Shown: positions 1 to 10,900 of the stretch, in pieces
Numbering within the stretch: position 1 is the stretch's first letter
Layout: every line of letters starts with the position of its first letter
DNA from: Sphingobacteriales bacterium
Lineage (GTDB): Bacteria; Bacteroidota; Bacteroidia; Chitinophagales; JADIYW01
Length of the DNA stretch: 64,000 nt
Direction: 5' to 3'
NCBI GenBank assembly: GCA_947460245.1
Contig: CANHGL010000008.1
Location: 1,094-65,093, forward strand
Notes under the pieces: model-generated
Database searches by the model: none
The model's input: only the letters and a program-made list of their open reading frames with translations
Told to the model about the DNA's origin: nothing
Position numbers and translations under genes: made by a program

Positions 1-135
1 TCAAAACCAGGAATGTTTGATATAAAAGGACAGTTTAAGTGGGCTGCATGGAAGGATAAGTCAGGTATGAGTAAGGATATAGCCATGCAAAAGTATATAG
101 ATTTAGTAGCTGCATTGTTGGTCACGCATTCTTAG
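1..135 (+). CDS. acyl-CoA-binding protein, C-terminal fragment (gene starts upstream of window)
   Basis: Frame-1 reading frame open from base 1 to TAG at 133-135. Translation is SKPGMFDIKGQFKWAAWKDKSGMSKDIAMQKYIDLVAALLVTHS. This fits the ACBP pattern (G..K.KW.AW....G.S...A...YI..V..L). Confidence 0.6.
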   Translation, partial: SKPGMFDIKGQFKWAAWKDKSGMSKDIAMQKYIDLVAALLVTHS

Positions 136-224
136 ATTTTCCCAGGCGTATTATTTAGAAAGATTCTAAATAATACTGTGCAAAAAAATAACGTTGCGTA
201 AAACTAATTTCACCCTTTATCTGT

Positions 225-232
225 TAATTTTG
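225..232 (+). promoter_or_regulatory. candidate Bacteroidetes sigma-A -7 box (TAatTTTG) upstream of sdhC
   Basis: Exact match to the TAnnTTTG -7 consensus described for Bacteroides/Flavobacterium promoters, 26 nt upstream of the sdhC ATG. No well-spaced -33 TTG seen. Confidence 0.35.
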
Positions 233-258
233 CGACGGTTTTACAAATACCTATTACT

Positions 259-930
259 ATGTCAAAAGAAAGTTTTTTCAGTTCTTCTATAGGAAGAAAA
301 ATAGCAGTTAGTCTTACAGGGATTTTTCTAATTACATTTTTACTGGTGCATGTTGGGCTAAACGCTACCATATTATTGAATGATGGAGGGGAGACCTTTA
401 ATGCAGGAGCTCATTTCATGGCTTACAACTGGTTAATCCGTGTAATGGAGGTAGGCTTATTTGCAGGTTTTATTTTGCATATAGTTCTAACGTTGATGTT
501 ATATTTTCAGAATAGAACAAAACGCCCTGTCGCTTATGCGAAGGTAGATGCAAAAGAAAATTCAAGATGGTATAGCAGATCTATGGCATTGCTGGGAAGT
601 CTCTTGCTTATCTTTTTAGTAATACATATTAATCAGTTCTGGTCCGATAAATTAGTACATGTATATATTAATGGAGAGCAGCAAATTGATGCTTATACCA
701 TGGTTATAGAAGCCTTAAGAAATCCAATCAATCTGGTAATTTATATCGGAGCTTTCATTGCGCTCAGCTATCATCTTTTACATGGCTTTCCAAGTGCATT
801 TCAAACACTTGGATGGAATCATAAGAAATATACTCCCATCATAAAAAAGTTAGGAGTAATCTATTCTGTATTTGTTCCTGGTTTATTCTGTATTATAGCC
901 TTGGCTATATATTTTGAATTCGTACAATAA
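259..930 (+). CDS. sdhC: succinate dehydrogenase/fumarate reductase cytochrome b subunit (b558 family)
   Basis: 223-aa polytopic membrane protein with conserved His residues, directly upstream of the flavoprotein and Fe-S subunits. This is the sdhCAB order typical of Bacteroidota. Confidence 0.8.
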   Translation: MSKESFFSSSIGRKIAVSLTGIFLITFLLVHVGLNATILLNDGGETFNAGAHFMAYNWLIRVMEVGLFAGFILHIVLTLMLYFQNRTKRPVAYAKVDAKENSRWYSRSMALLGSLLLIFLVIHINQFWSDKLVHVYINGEQQIDAYTMVIEALRNPINLVIYIGAFIALSYHLLHGFPSAFQTLGWNHKKYTPIIKKLGVIYSVFVPGLFCIIALAIYFEFVQ

Positions 931-967
931 TTTTTCTACATTCTATCATCCAAAATTGCATATCAAA

Positions 968-2944
968 ATGGCGCTTAACTCAAAAATACCTACTGGTGAA
1001 CTGGATAAAAAGTGGGAAGAATATAAAGGGCATGTCAAACTGGTTAATCCTTCCAACAAACGTAAGCTGGAAATCATTATAGTAGGTACCGGATTAGCCG
1101 GTGCTTCTGCAGCAGCTTCTTTGGGTGAATTAGGATACAAGGTTAAGGCATTTTGTTTTCAGGATTCACCTCGCCGAGCACACTCTATTGCAGCTCAGGG
1201 AGGAATTAATGCAGCAAAAAATTACCAGAATGATGGTGACTCTGTGTATCGTCTATTCTATGACACGATAAAGGGTGGAGACTACAGAGCCCGTGAATCA
1301 AATGTTCACCGGCTTGCGGAAGTTTCTGTAAATATTATAGATCAGTGTGTGGCACAAGGTGTTCCTTTTGCTCGTGAATATGGAGGCTTATTAAGCAACC
1401 GTTCTTTTGGTGGCACTCAGGTTCAGCGAACATTTTACGCTGCCGGACAGACGGGTCAGCAATTATTATTAGGAGCCTATTCAGCTTTAGAACGACAAGT
1501 CGCCTTGGGTAATGTAACTATGTATGCTCGTCATGAAATGCTGGATGTGGTAACTATAGAGGGAAAAGCAAGAGGTATCATTGCCCGTAATTTGGTAAGT
1601 GGAGAATTAGAACGCCATTTCGGACATGCAGTTTTGTTGTGTAGTGGTGGGTATGGAAACGTATTTTATCTATCTACCAATGCTATGGGATCAAATGTAA
1701 CTGCAGCATGGAAGGCACATAAAAAAGGTGCTTATTTTGCTAATCCTTGTTTTACGCAAATACATCCAACTTGTATTCCGGTTACAGGAGATCATCAATC
1801 TAAATTAACCCTGATGTCGGAGTCATTGAGAAATGACGGAAGAATCTGGGTGCCTATAGCAAAAGGTGATACGCGAAAAGCGAGTGATATTCCGGAAGAG
1901 GAGAGAGATTACTATTTAGAGCGCAGGTATCCTGCATTTGGTAATCTTGTTCCCCGTGATGTTGCTTCGCGTGCAGCAAAAGAAAGATGCGATGCAGGTT
2001 ACGGTGTAGGATCTTCCAAGATGGCCGTATTTTTGGATTTTGCAGATGCAATTGTACGATATGGTAAGATAGAGGCAGGGAAACAAGGACTTGAAAATGT
2101 ATCTAAGGATCGCATCGTGGAATTAGGTAAGGAAGTGGTGAAAGAAAAGTATGGTAACCTATTTGATATGTATGCGAAGATTACCGGAGAGAATCCATAT
2201 GAGGTGCCTATGAGAATTTATCCGGCTGTACATTATACAATGGGTGGGCTTTGGGTAGATTATGAATTGATGACTACTGTGCCGGGGTTATACTGTCTAG
2301 GAGAAGCCAATTTCTCCGACCATGGTGCAAATCGTCTTGGAGCTTCTGCATTGATGCAAGGGCTGGCAGATGGATATTTTGTTGTTCCCTATACCATTGG
2401 AAATTATTTAGCAGACGAGATTCGTACTACTGAGATTCCTACATCACATGAGGCATTTGAAAAAACAGAGGCTGAAGTGAAGGAACGCTTAGATAAATTG
2501 ATGGGTATAAAGGGTACTCAAACGGTAGAAAGTTTCCATAAGCGTTTAGGAAAGATTATCTGGGATAAATGTGGTATGGCAAGAAATGAAGAAGGATTAA
2601 AATCGGCTATAGAAGAAGTTCGTGCCTTGAAGAAAGAATTTTGGAGTGATGTAAAAATTCCTGGAGGGATTAATGAGTTTAATTCGGAACTGGATAAAGC
2701 GGGTAGGGTTGCAGATCTAATCGAGCTGGGAGAATTAATGTGTACAGATGCCTTAGATAGAAACGAAAGCTGTGGTGGACACTTCCGGGAAGAATACCAA
2801 ACAGAAGACGGAGAAGCGTTGAGGGATGATGAACATTACAAGTATGTTGCAGCCTGGGCGTTTAAATCTGAAGGTAAGTGGGAGTTGCACAAAGAGGATC
2901 TTATTTATGAGAATATTAAAATTGCAGCGCGTTCATACAAGTAA
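968..2944 (+). CDS. sdhA: succinate dehydrogenase/fumarate reductase flavoprotein subunit
   Basis: FAD-binding [13 protein letters not shown], covalent-FAD region [13 protein letters not shown], and the C-terminal [10 protein letters not shown] motif. The tracked ORF starts at 914, but the ATG at 968 ([11 protein letters not shown]...) avoids overlap with sdhC and fits family N-termini. Confidence 0.95.
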   Translation: MALNSKIPTGELDKKWEEYKGHVKLVNPSNKRKLEIIIVGTGLAGASAAASLGELGYKVKAFCFQDSPRRAHSIAAQGGINAAKNYQNDGDSVYRLFYDTIKGGDYRARESNVHRLAEVSVNIIDQCVAQGVPFAREYGGLLSNRSFGGTQVQRTFYAAGQTGQQLLLGAYSALERQVALGNVTMYARHEMLDVVTIEGKARGIIARNLVSGELERHFGHAVLLCSGGYGNVFYLSTNAMGSNVTAAWKAHKKGAYFANPCFTQIHPTCIPVTGDHQSKLTLMSESLRNDGRIWVPIAKGDTRKASDIPEEERDYYLERRYPAFGNLVPRDVASRAAKERCDAGYGVGSSKMAVFLDFADAIVRYGKIEAGKQGLENVSKDRIVELGKEVVKEKYGNLFDMYAKITGENPYEVPMRIYPAVHYTMGGLWVDYELMTTVPGLYCLGEANFSDHGANRLGASALMQGLADGYFVVPYTIGNYLADEIRTTEIPTSHEAFEKTEAEVKERLDKLMGIKGTQTVESFHKRLGKIIWDKCGMARNEEGLKSAIEEVRALKKEFWSDVKIPGGINEFNSELDKAGRVADLIELGELMCTDALDRNESCGGHFREEYQTEDGEALRDDEHYKYVAAWAFKSEGKWELHKEDLIYENIKIAARSYK

Positions 2945-3036
2945 TTTGATAACAGGCTTGCTGGAATCTCTTAGAAGTAATTTCATCAGCTAAAGCATCA
3001 TCAAATTATCAAACAAACAAATCATCAAATTAGAAT

Positions 3037-3801
3037 ATGGAACATTACAGCATGAATCTTAACCTCCGAATCTGGAGACAAAAGAATAAAAATGACAAAG
3101 GTGGTTTTGCAGACTATAAAGTAGAAGGCATCTCTTCAGAAATGTCTTTTCTGGAAATGATTGATGTATTGAATGAGCGATTGATTTTAGAGAACACAGA
3201 GCCTGTAGCCTTTGATCACGATTGTCGTGAAGGAATATGCGGAAGTTGTTCTATGTATATCAATGGTCGCCCGCATGGACCTTGGCATGAAACTACTACT
3301 TGCCAACTACACATGCGTGCATTTAAGGATGGAGATACAATCGTTGTTGAACCATGGAGAGCAAAATCGTTTCCGGTTGTAAAAGATTTAGTAGTTGATC
3401 GTGCTGCTTTTGACAGGATTATTCAGTCTGGAGGTTATATATCCGTGAATACAGGAAATGCAGTAGACGCAAATTGTATCCCTATAGAAAAAGACAAAGC
3501 AGATAAGGCTTTTGCAGCAGCAGCTTGTATTGGATGCGGTGCATGCGTGGCTGCCTGTCCAAATACATCAGCTATGTTATTTGTTTCTGCAAAAGTTTCT
3601 CAGTTGGCGCTATTGCCGCAAGGAGGTCCAGAGCGAAAAACACGCGTAAGAAACATGGTTGCACAAATGGATAAGGAAGGATTTGGAAGTTGCACCAATA
3701 TTGGAGCTTGCGAAGCGGAATGTCCTAAAGGTATTTCCTTAGAAAATATAGCACGTATGAACCGCGAGTTTACTATTGCAAGTTTATTGTCAGAGGATTA
3801 A
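3037..3801 (+). CDS. sdhB: succinate dehydrogenase/fumarate reductase iron-sulfur subunit
   Basis: Cys clusters [21 protein letters not shown] and [12 protein letters not shown] for the 2Fe-2S/4Fe-4S/3Fe-4S centres. Alternative start at 3052. Confidence 0.95.
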   Translation: MEHYSMNLNLRIWRQKNKNDKGGFADYKVEGISSEMSFLEMIDVLNERLILENTEPVAFDHDCREGICGSCSMYINGRPHGPWHETTTCQLHMRAFKDGDTIVVEPWRAKSFPVVKDLVVDRAAFDRIIQSGGYISVNTGNAVDANCIPIEKDKADKAFAAAACIGCGACVAACPNTSAMLFVSAKVSQLALLPQGGPERKTRVRNMVAQMDKEGFGSCTNIGACEAECPKGISLENIARMNREFTIASLLSED

Positions 3802-3823
3802 AAAATAATTTCATTATAACTTT

Positions 3824-3856
3824 AAAACTTGTTGAATTTTATTCAGCAAGTTTTTT
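3824..3856 (+). terminator. rho-independent terminator after sdhB
   Basis: 10-bp stem ACTTGTTGAA / TTCAGCAAGT (one G-U pair), 5-nt loop, followed by TTTTTT. Confidence 0.6.
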
Positions 3857-3873
3857 CATTTTAAATCACACTT

Positions 3874-4911
3874 ATGGAATATAATTATCTACCGGGAACA
3901 AATATAAAGGTTAGTAAAATCTGTTTGGGTAGCATGACGTGGGGGCAGCAGAACACAGAAGCTGAAGGACACGAACAGATGGATTACGCAGTGAGCAGCG
4001 GTATTAATTTTATAGATACAGCAGAGATGTATTCAGTTCCTGCAAGACCGGAAACACAAGGTTCTACAGAAAAAATAATAGGTACCTGGTTGCAAAAGAG
4101 AAAGAACAGAGAGAATATGATTATTGCTTCCAAGGTTTGCGGCCCCAGTGCTTTGCCACATCTTGGCGCTGGAAGAAAGTTTAATCGGGAAAATATTACA
4201 GAAGCACTTCATGCCAGTTTAAAGAGATTACAGACAGATTATATTGATCTTTACCAATTGCATTGGCCGGAAAGGCCATCCAACTATTTTGGAGTTTTGG
4301 GTTATCAGCATAAGTCAGAAGATGCTGTAACAAATTTTAGAGAGACGCTGCAGGTATTATCAGATTTTATTAAAGAAGGAAAAATAAGATATATTGGTGT
4401 ATCCAATGAAACACCATGGGGTTTAATGCAATATCTTAAAATTGGAGAGTATGAAAACTTACCTAAAGCAGTTACCATTCAGAATCCTTATAATCTGGTG
4501 AATAGAGTATTTGAGATTGGTCTTGCAGAGATGTCTATCAGGGAAAATGTTGGCTTACTGGCCTATTCACCGCTGGGTGGAGGTTTGTTAAGTACTAAGT
4601 ATTTAGGAGGGAATAAACCAGAGGGTGCGAGGTTTACATTATGGTCGAATTACTTCACCAGATATGCTCACCCCAATACCATGAAAGCAGTGGAGTTATA
4701 TGCAGCATTAGCAAAAGAGCATAATTTGTCGCTCTCACAAATGGCACTGGCATTTGTTAATACCAGAAGATTCCTTACTTCAACTATTGTGGGCGCTACT
4801 TCTATGGGGCAACTTAAAGAAAATATAGATAGTATGAATGTGCACTTGTCTGATGCTGTTCTTGAAGAGCTCGAGAAAATACATCTACAGTTTCCTAATC
4901 CAGCGCCTTAA
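3874..4911 (+). CDS. tas: NADP(H)-dependent aldo-keto reductase, Tas-like
   Basis: 345 aa. The N-terminal LGSMTWGQQNTEAEGHEQMDYAVSSGINFIDTAEMY...ETQGSTE pattern and the length match E. coli Tas-type AKRs. Confidence 0.85.
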   Translation: MEYNYLPGTNIKVSKICLGSMTWGQQNTEAEGHEQMDYAVSSGINFIDTAEMYSVPARPETQGSTEKIIGTWLQKRKNRENMIIASKVCGPSALPHLGAGRKFNRENITEALHASLKRLQTDYIDLYQLHWPERPSNYFGVLGYQHKSEDAVTNFRETLQVLSDFIKEGKIRYIGVSNETPWGLMQYLKIGEYENLPKAVTIQNPYNLVNRVFEIGLAEMSIRENVGLLAYSPLGGGLLSTKYLGGNKPEGARFTLWSNYFTRYAHPNTMKAVELYAALAKEHNLSLSQMALAFVNTRRFLTSTIVGATSMGQLKENIDSMNVHLSDAVLEELEKIHLQFPNPAP

Positions 4912-4920
4912 GAAAAAAAA

Positions 4921-4942
4921 CCCGACCATTGGTCGGGTTTTT
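4921..4942 (+). terminator. rho-independent terminator after the AKR gene
   Basis: CCCGACC-att-GGTCGGG stem followed by TTTTT and preceded by an A8 run. Confidence 0.75.
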
Positions 4943-5288
4943 AGCTACTATAAGCAACAGCAAGCGCAAAAATAGCAGCTATTTATGGTTATTTTAAAGT
5001 AGAAATTAAGCTTTAAAGATTAATTCTACAATTGGTAATTACTTATTGGGGAAACAATCCAATCCTCCTCTGCCTCTCACCACATTGATACACTAAACTA
5101 CGATTTTTCAGCCTCTTCTAAAAGTTGATCTGCCAATTTTTTATCACAATAAGTGTTTTTTAACATTTAAATTCGATTGGAGTCTATTTTCAGGAAAGAT
5201 ATAAAACTAAGATTATCAGTCACTTAATTTTTATTTTTTTATCTAACATATTGATTAGCTATTCTTTTTTATTTAAACCACAAAAAAG

Positions 5289-5296
5289 TATCTTTG
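5289..5296 (+). promoter_or_regulatory. candidate -7 box (TAtcTTTG) for tRNA-Leu
   Basis: TAnnTTTG match ending 16 nt upstream of the mature tRNA 5' end. Confidence 0.4.
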
Positions 5297-5311
5297 CCCT
5301 GCTTCGCTAAT

Positions 5312-5395
5312 GCCCACGTGGAGAAATTGGTAGACTTGCCATCTTGAGGGGGTGGTGCTGGAAACGGCGTGCTGGTTCGAATCCAGTCGTGGGCA
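5312..5395 (+). tRNA. tRNA-Leu (anticodon GAG), type II with long variable arm
   Basis: Hand-folded structure:
- acceptor GCCCACG/CGTGGGC
- 3-bp D stem
- anticodon stem CCATC/GGTGG with loop TTGAGGG (anticodon GAG)
- 15-nt variable arm
- T arm GCTGG-TTCGAAT-CCAGT
- discriminator A
No encoded CCA. Confidence 0.9.
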
Positions 5396-5497
5396 CTCTT
5401 TTTAGAGTCTTTTTCCTCTTATTTATGGTAATATGGCCTTTTCCTTTAAAGAGGGAGGAGGGTATTTTTGAATTCCATTTTTAATACATTCAAATTG

Positions 5498-7438
5498 CTA
5501 GTCTTTGATTATTTTTTTCAAGAAAATAATAGAATTTTCTTTCAAGAATTCAATCCAATATACCCCGTTCTGTAAATTTAATACGCTCAATGAATTATTC
5601 TCAGGGTTGTTTCTATGTAAAACAATTTGACCAACTGAATTGTAAATTTTAATCTCATCTACTAAAATATCATTATCCCAATTTATATAAGAGTTGCTAG
5701 GGTTTGGGAAAATTACTGTTTCAGGATTATTAGAAAGAGTATTAATGGAAGACAAGATAGCTGTTCGCGTAATATCTAGCTCAATGCCATGAAAGATATC
5801 GTCAGTATTATCAGTATTCACCAGCATAAAATCTGCACCAAGTATTCCACTCTGATTTACTATTGGATTATGTACTACTGCAACAACAGATTTCCATTGA
5901 TTATCTCCAATACCAGTAGTAGTTAATGCTGTTTGTAATCCTGATGAATTATAGTAGTTCAATGCCCAGGTTGAACCTGGATTTTTATCTAGCCATGTTA
6001 TATTAAATACTAGGCTATCTGGTTTTGAGAGAAGAAATAAATCGGAATTGAATTTAAAGTACATTGTGTTTTTTCCTGTGATGTTTTCAAATGAACGAGC
6101 AAATCGGTCATACATGGATGAGTTAGAATTAAGAGTTCCTCGTACTCTGAATAAACCAATTGATGTTAAATCAGGATTTATTTGAGTGATCCATCTTTCA
6201 TAATTTCCTTCTTCAATATCCCATCCAGCATCATTATAACCTGTTTGACTATTGCGTTGATATACTTGTCCTTGAGTAGCTGCATATATATCATCCATTT
6301 GAGCACCTCTGTTTGAATATGCATTACAAATAGCTAGATATCGGGATTGATTTGATGGATTGGCCTGGCCATATAAACTTTCAGGGAATTTAGTTTTATT
6401 ATTTGAATTTAGTCCTTCATGAAAAATTGTGTAGGCTGCATTGGCTGTACTCGGATATATTTGTCCGGCATACTTATTAAACATTTTAAAAACAGAATGC
6501 AGCTCAGGTCTGAGCTGTGCCTCCTGTAATGCTCCCTGTGAAATAAGCCATACCGATAGACCTGTATTAAGACCACTTAAAGCGCCCCAATAAAAACCCA
6601 ACGGAACATTAATTTGATACAATGGCTTAGTCCATGTTTGGTCCATTTCAGCTGCTGAAAAGAGTTTTAGTCCTTGAGGGTTTAGGAGATAAGGTGTCCA
6701 GGTAGTCTTAAAAACTAATTCATCCGTTAGATGATGTCCCCTGGCATACGCTCCACCTTTCGTTCCAAATCCATAAGAAACATTATTAATTACCCACTGC
6801 CATTCAGTTGGTTCGCTTACCGAGTCAATATTGTTAAAAAGGAGACCTATTTTAGTGCTGTCATTTCCAGTATTAAATACAGATCTGAATTTTTCAAACG
6901 CCTCTAATCGAAAATTTAGCCAAGCACTATCAGAAATAGTGTAATTAGAATTGAGAGGAGTTCCTTTATAAGCTACTTCATCTCCAGTACATCCGGTTTT
7001 TACTTGAACATACGCAATGTGCTTAAATAAATTTGCTGGTAGCATTCGTAAAAAGCTGCCAAAATTTTCAATCATTTTATAAAAATATCTTTTATAATTA
7101 GCATTCAAATAATAAGGATATTGAGTCCAGGCAGGATGTTGTGTGTCGTTTGTTAAAACAGAAGGAACTCCATTTGCATAGATCCAGGAAGGAGCGTCTG
7201 GTCCAACTCCGACACTGATATTCACTATTTGATTGTTATTATATGCTGTTTGTAATATGTTTTGAATTTCAGACCAGTTATATTGGATTGAATCTGAAAC
7301 TTGAATATCTTTCCAGTCTACATCAGCACTTATACCTTTTAAATAGCTGTAATTGGTGTCCACAGAAATGTCATACGCATTTGATCTATCCCAAACACCA
7401 TAGGAATTAACTGGCAAAATTGCCGTTTGGGAAAACAC
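5498..7438 (-). CDS. secreted T9SS cargo protein, possibly glycoside-hydrolase-like; enzymatic family not recognised
   Basis: C-terminal ~80 aa (VIFPNPSNSYINW...IKIYNSVGQIV...LQNGVYWIEF) is a type-A T9SS sorting domain. The tracked start is a GTG with no signal peptide. A signal-peptide-like extension is encoded up to 7486 without a canonical start codon (see findings). Confidence 0.7.
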   Translation of the reverse strand: MFSQTAILPVNSYGVWDRSNAYDISVDTNYSYLKGISADVDWKDIQVSDSIQYNWSEIQNILQTAYNNNQIVNISVGVGPDAPSWIYANGVPSVLTNDTQHPAWTQYPYYLNANYKRYFYKMIENFGSFLRMLPANLFKHIAYVQVKTGCTGDEVAYKGTPLNSNYTISDSAWLNFRLEAFEKFRSVFNTGNDSTKIGLLFNNIDSVSEPTEWQWVINNVSYGFGTKGGAYARGHHLTDELVFKTTWTPYLLNPQGLKLFSAAEMDQTWTKPLYQINVPLGFYWGALSGLNTGLSVWLISQGALQEAQLRPELHSVFKMFNKYAGQIYPSTANAAYTIFHEGLNSNNKTKFPESLYGQANPSNQSRYLAICNAYSNRGAQMDDIYAATQGQVYQRNSQTGYNDAGWDIEEGNYERWITQINPDLTSIGLFRVRGTLNSNSSMYDRFARSFENITGKNTMYFKFNSDLFLLSKPDSLVFNITWLDKNPGSTWALNYYNSSGLQTALTTTGIGDNQWKSVVAVVHNPIVNQSGILGADFMLVNTDNTDDIFHGIELDITRTAILSSINTLSNNPETVIFPNPSNSYINWDNDILVDEIKIYNSVGQIVLHRNNPENNSLSVLNLQNGVYWIEFLKENSIIFLKKIIKD

Positions 7439-7549
7439 CTGAAACGAACAACATATAAATGAGAATGTCTTTATGAAGTATTTAATACTAATTTTTTAAG
7501 TACTCAAATATAATCCATTTATTTAAATTAAATTATTGCATCTGATGTC

Positions 7550-7860
7550 TTCGACAGGACCCCTCGCCTTTGTTGGTGTTTAGTATAGTATGGCTGAAGA
7601 CGCAGCATGCGTCACCAACAAACTTAGTGTGATTTTAACCTTTAATACCGTGCTGCCTTCCTATGTGCTTTCCTTCTGAGTATATAAGGTTTAATTTTTG
7701 GTTTCACTATGTTTCGCTTTTTTACGTTCTTTTATTGCACTTATAAAAAGGCGTACCACGGGCGCGGTATATCCTGTTGTTGGTGATATTTGCTCCGCTT
7801 GTGCTCGCAAACTAAACACCAATAGTAGTGAGCGAAGCTAGGGTCTTATTACCTGTCGAA
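7550..7860. repeat. about 310-bp nested imperfect inverted-repeat element (MITE-like, structured RNA or regulatory)
   Basis: Three perfect inverted pairs are nested:
- TTCGACAGG 7550-7558 / 7852-7860
- TTGGTGTTTAGT 7573-7584 / 7811-7822
- CACCAACAA 7613-7621 / 7777-7785
Each arm also folds on itself (TTGGTG...CACCAA). It is locally more GC-rich than the surrounding spacer. Confidence 0.55.
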
Positions 7861-7979
7861 TAATTCTTTGCGCTCGCAAGTTTGAAGGAGCATAATTTCT
7901 AAGTTTCGCTAATCATCTTATCCTCTTTTATGGAATTGTAACTTTTCCTGTCTCTCAATGGCAGATTAAAAAGTTACTT

Positions 7980-10900
7980 ATGAAAAAGACGTTTATTGCA
8001 ATTGCTATTTATTTAGGATGTTTATCCTCTCAAGCACAATCCATAATACAAGAACAGAAGCAATTCTATGATCGGTTTAAGATCATTACAGAAAAAGGAT
8101 GGGATACCTTGCAGGAGCGATTATCGCAAAAGCAATTCGAGATAGTTCCAAAAAATGTTCAGTTGAGGAGTAGTGGATGCAGATTAGAAAATAAAAGAGT
8201 GTATGGCTGGCATCCTTATTGGAATGGAAGTAGTCTGCATAATAATTATCAGTGGAATCTCTTATCTGATCTATGTTATTTTGATTATTCTGTTAATCCA
8301 ACTACAGGAGCAAATAGTAATACCTCATTTGCCTGGTCTACGAGTACTGCGATTACCGCTGCCAAGAATAATGGCGTGAAAATATCCTTTTGTGCCACAC
8401 TCTTTTCTAATCATTCTACATTTTTGTCATCAACGACGGCTAAGAATATATTTATAAATAATACCATCGCCTTGCTTAAAATGCGCGGAGGGTCTGGGGT
8501 ATGTGTGGATTTTGAAGGTATGCCTGTTTCGCAGAAGTCCAACTTCGTTTCGTTTATGCAGGATCTTTCGAAGAAAATACATGACTCCATTCCCAGTGGT
8601 GAAGTAGCTCTGGCGGTCTATTCAGTAGATTGGTCTGGTGTTTTTGATATTTCTAAACTCAAAGATGTTGTGGATTTGTTTATTGTTATGGGTTACGATT
8701 ATTATTATGGTGGAAGTGCCAAAGCGGGTCCTACAGATCCGTTATATCCCTTTGAGACGAGTTATAACTATGGTATTTCTAAATCCATAAGTTACTATCT
8801 GTATGGAGGTATTCCTGCAAATAAATTATTGATGGCCGTACCTTATTATGGCCGGCAATATCAAACATCTGGGAGTTCTATACCTTCTTCGAATTCAGGA
8901 GGTGCTTCTAATTCTTCAGCCTTGTTGTATAAGACCGTTCAGAGCAATAGTTCGGGTAATTACAGATTATCTAATAAACGCTGGGATGCAAATAGCTTTT
9001 CGCCTTATTATCTATTTCAAAGCGGTAGTTTATGGTATCAGTGTTTTATCAATGATTCGTCCAGTATCAAAAAACGATACGATATAATTAATCAAAGAGG
9101 ATTGGGAGGTATTGCATTATGGGCATTGGGATATGATGATGGTTATACGGAATTGTGGAATGCCATAGGGGATAGATTTACTTCTTGTTACAATCAACCA
9201 CTTGCTGATAGTTTATATGATATGGGTGGTCCTAATAGAAATTACAACGATAAAGAAATATATAGTTATACCATTGCACCCAAAGGTGTACAAACAGTAA
9301 GTGTGAAGTTCTCACAATTAGATTTGGAGTCGGGTTTTGATTCTGTATTCTTGTATGATGGTGCTTCAGAGCGTGATGCCTTATTAGGACGTTACAGTGG
9401 TAATATATTACCCAATGGGATTTCCTCAACAGGATCAAGTCTTACCTTGAGATTTAAATCAGATGGAGCAACCAACAAATCTGGATATAAGTTATACTAT
9501 TCAACCAAGTTATCAGATACTATTCCTCCAACAACGAGGGTAAACAATTCAGACTGGATTACAGGAAATTTCAATGCAAATTTTATAGATCAGGATACAG
9601 GTTCAGGTGTGCGTTTCAGATTTTATAGCATAGAGGAATATGATACCACAAATAATAGCTGGATAGGTAAGTCATCTAAAGGTTTCCTGAACGATGTTTT
9701 CAATAGTAGTTCTATTTTACAAAATTGGATTAAACAATCTGGTAATTGGACAGTAGATAATGGAGTATTAATTCAGTCTGATCAATTAGGAGTAAATACA
9801 AATCTTTATACTTCTCTAGTTCAAGATGCCAATCAGATACTATATCATTGGACACAAAGTATTAACGGTTCGGGTACTAACAGGCGGGGCGGGCTTCATT
9901 TTATGTGCAGTAATTCAATTGGAAATGGAAGAGGGAACTCCTATCTGGTAATGGCGAGAGTTGATGGTGGAGGTAAACTGCAGATTTATAAATCAGTGAA
10001 TGATATGGTTTTCTTAAATGCAGATATATCCTATCCTTTTCTATCTAATAAAGAATATGACTTTAAAGTAATCTACAATAAGCTTATTGGTGAGGTTGCA
10101 GTATTTATCAATGATAAACTGACAGGTAGATGGATAGATACACTCCCACTGATCTCCGGAAATTATATCAGTATGAGAAGTGGAGAGTGCGTAATGAATA
10201 TTGATAATTTAGAAGTTTTAAAAAGTAGGGCTTTAAATAATTTACCGATTGCTGTTGGTATTGCTAACTTAAATGATATTAATAAGCAGAATGCTAGTCT
10301 GTCCTTACCGTCTGCAAGGATAAAATCATATGTAGTGGATAGTATGGATTTGTTTTCCGAGGAGTGGATCCAGAATCTGAATGTAGATTATACAGCTCCA
10401 GCTTCTGTATATATGGTAAGAGATGGCAAGACAATAACAGATATAGCCACTACTACACAAACTGCACAGTTAGCAGCTAACTGGAATAGTGCAATGGATT
10501 TTAATTCTGGTATACGAAGATATTGGTATGCTATTGGAACTAGTCTGGGTGCGGCAGATGTATTAGATTGGTCGGATAATGGAAATGATATACTTGCCCA
10601 GAGAACGTCACTATTATTGTATGTTGGTACCACTTATTATTTTTCTGTAAAAGCAGAGAATAATGCAGGATTGATGGGGCCTATTGTTTCTTCAAACGGA
10701 CAGAAATTATTGGCTACATATATAACTGAGGCATCTAAAATTAAAAATCCGCCTGTTTTAGCATCTAATTCAGGGATTCACTTTTCTAACTTAAAGGATT
10801 TCAGAGTGTTTCCTAATCCAACAAACAGTATAATAGATATAGAGTATACTTTAGATAAGCCTTCAGAAGTAGATCTTATTATTTATGATAGTCAGGGGAA

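Noticed and set aside
914-967. N-terminal extension of sdhA ([18 protein letters not shown])
   Set aside because: It overlaps the end of sdhC and is not part of flavoprotein N-termini. The ATG at 968 is the better start.
4943-5311. 370-bp spacer before tRNA-Leu, containing a 22-codon minus-strand ORF (MLKNTYCDKKLADQLLEEAEKS, about 5099-5167)
   Set aside because: Too short and without context or a recognisable motif. It could be a gene remnant, but nothing supports annotation.
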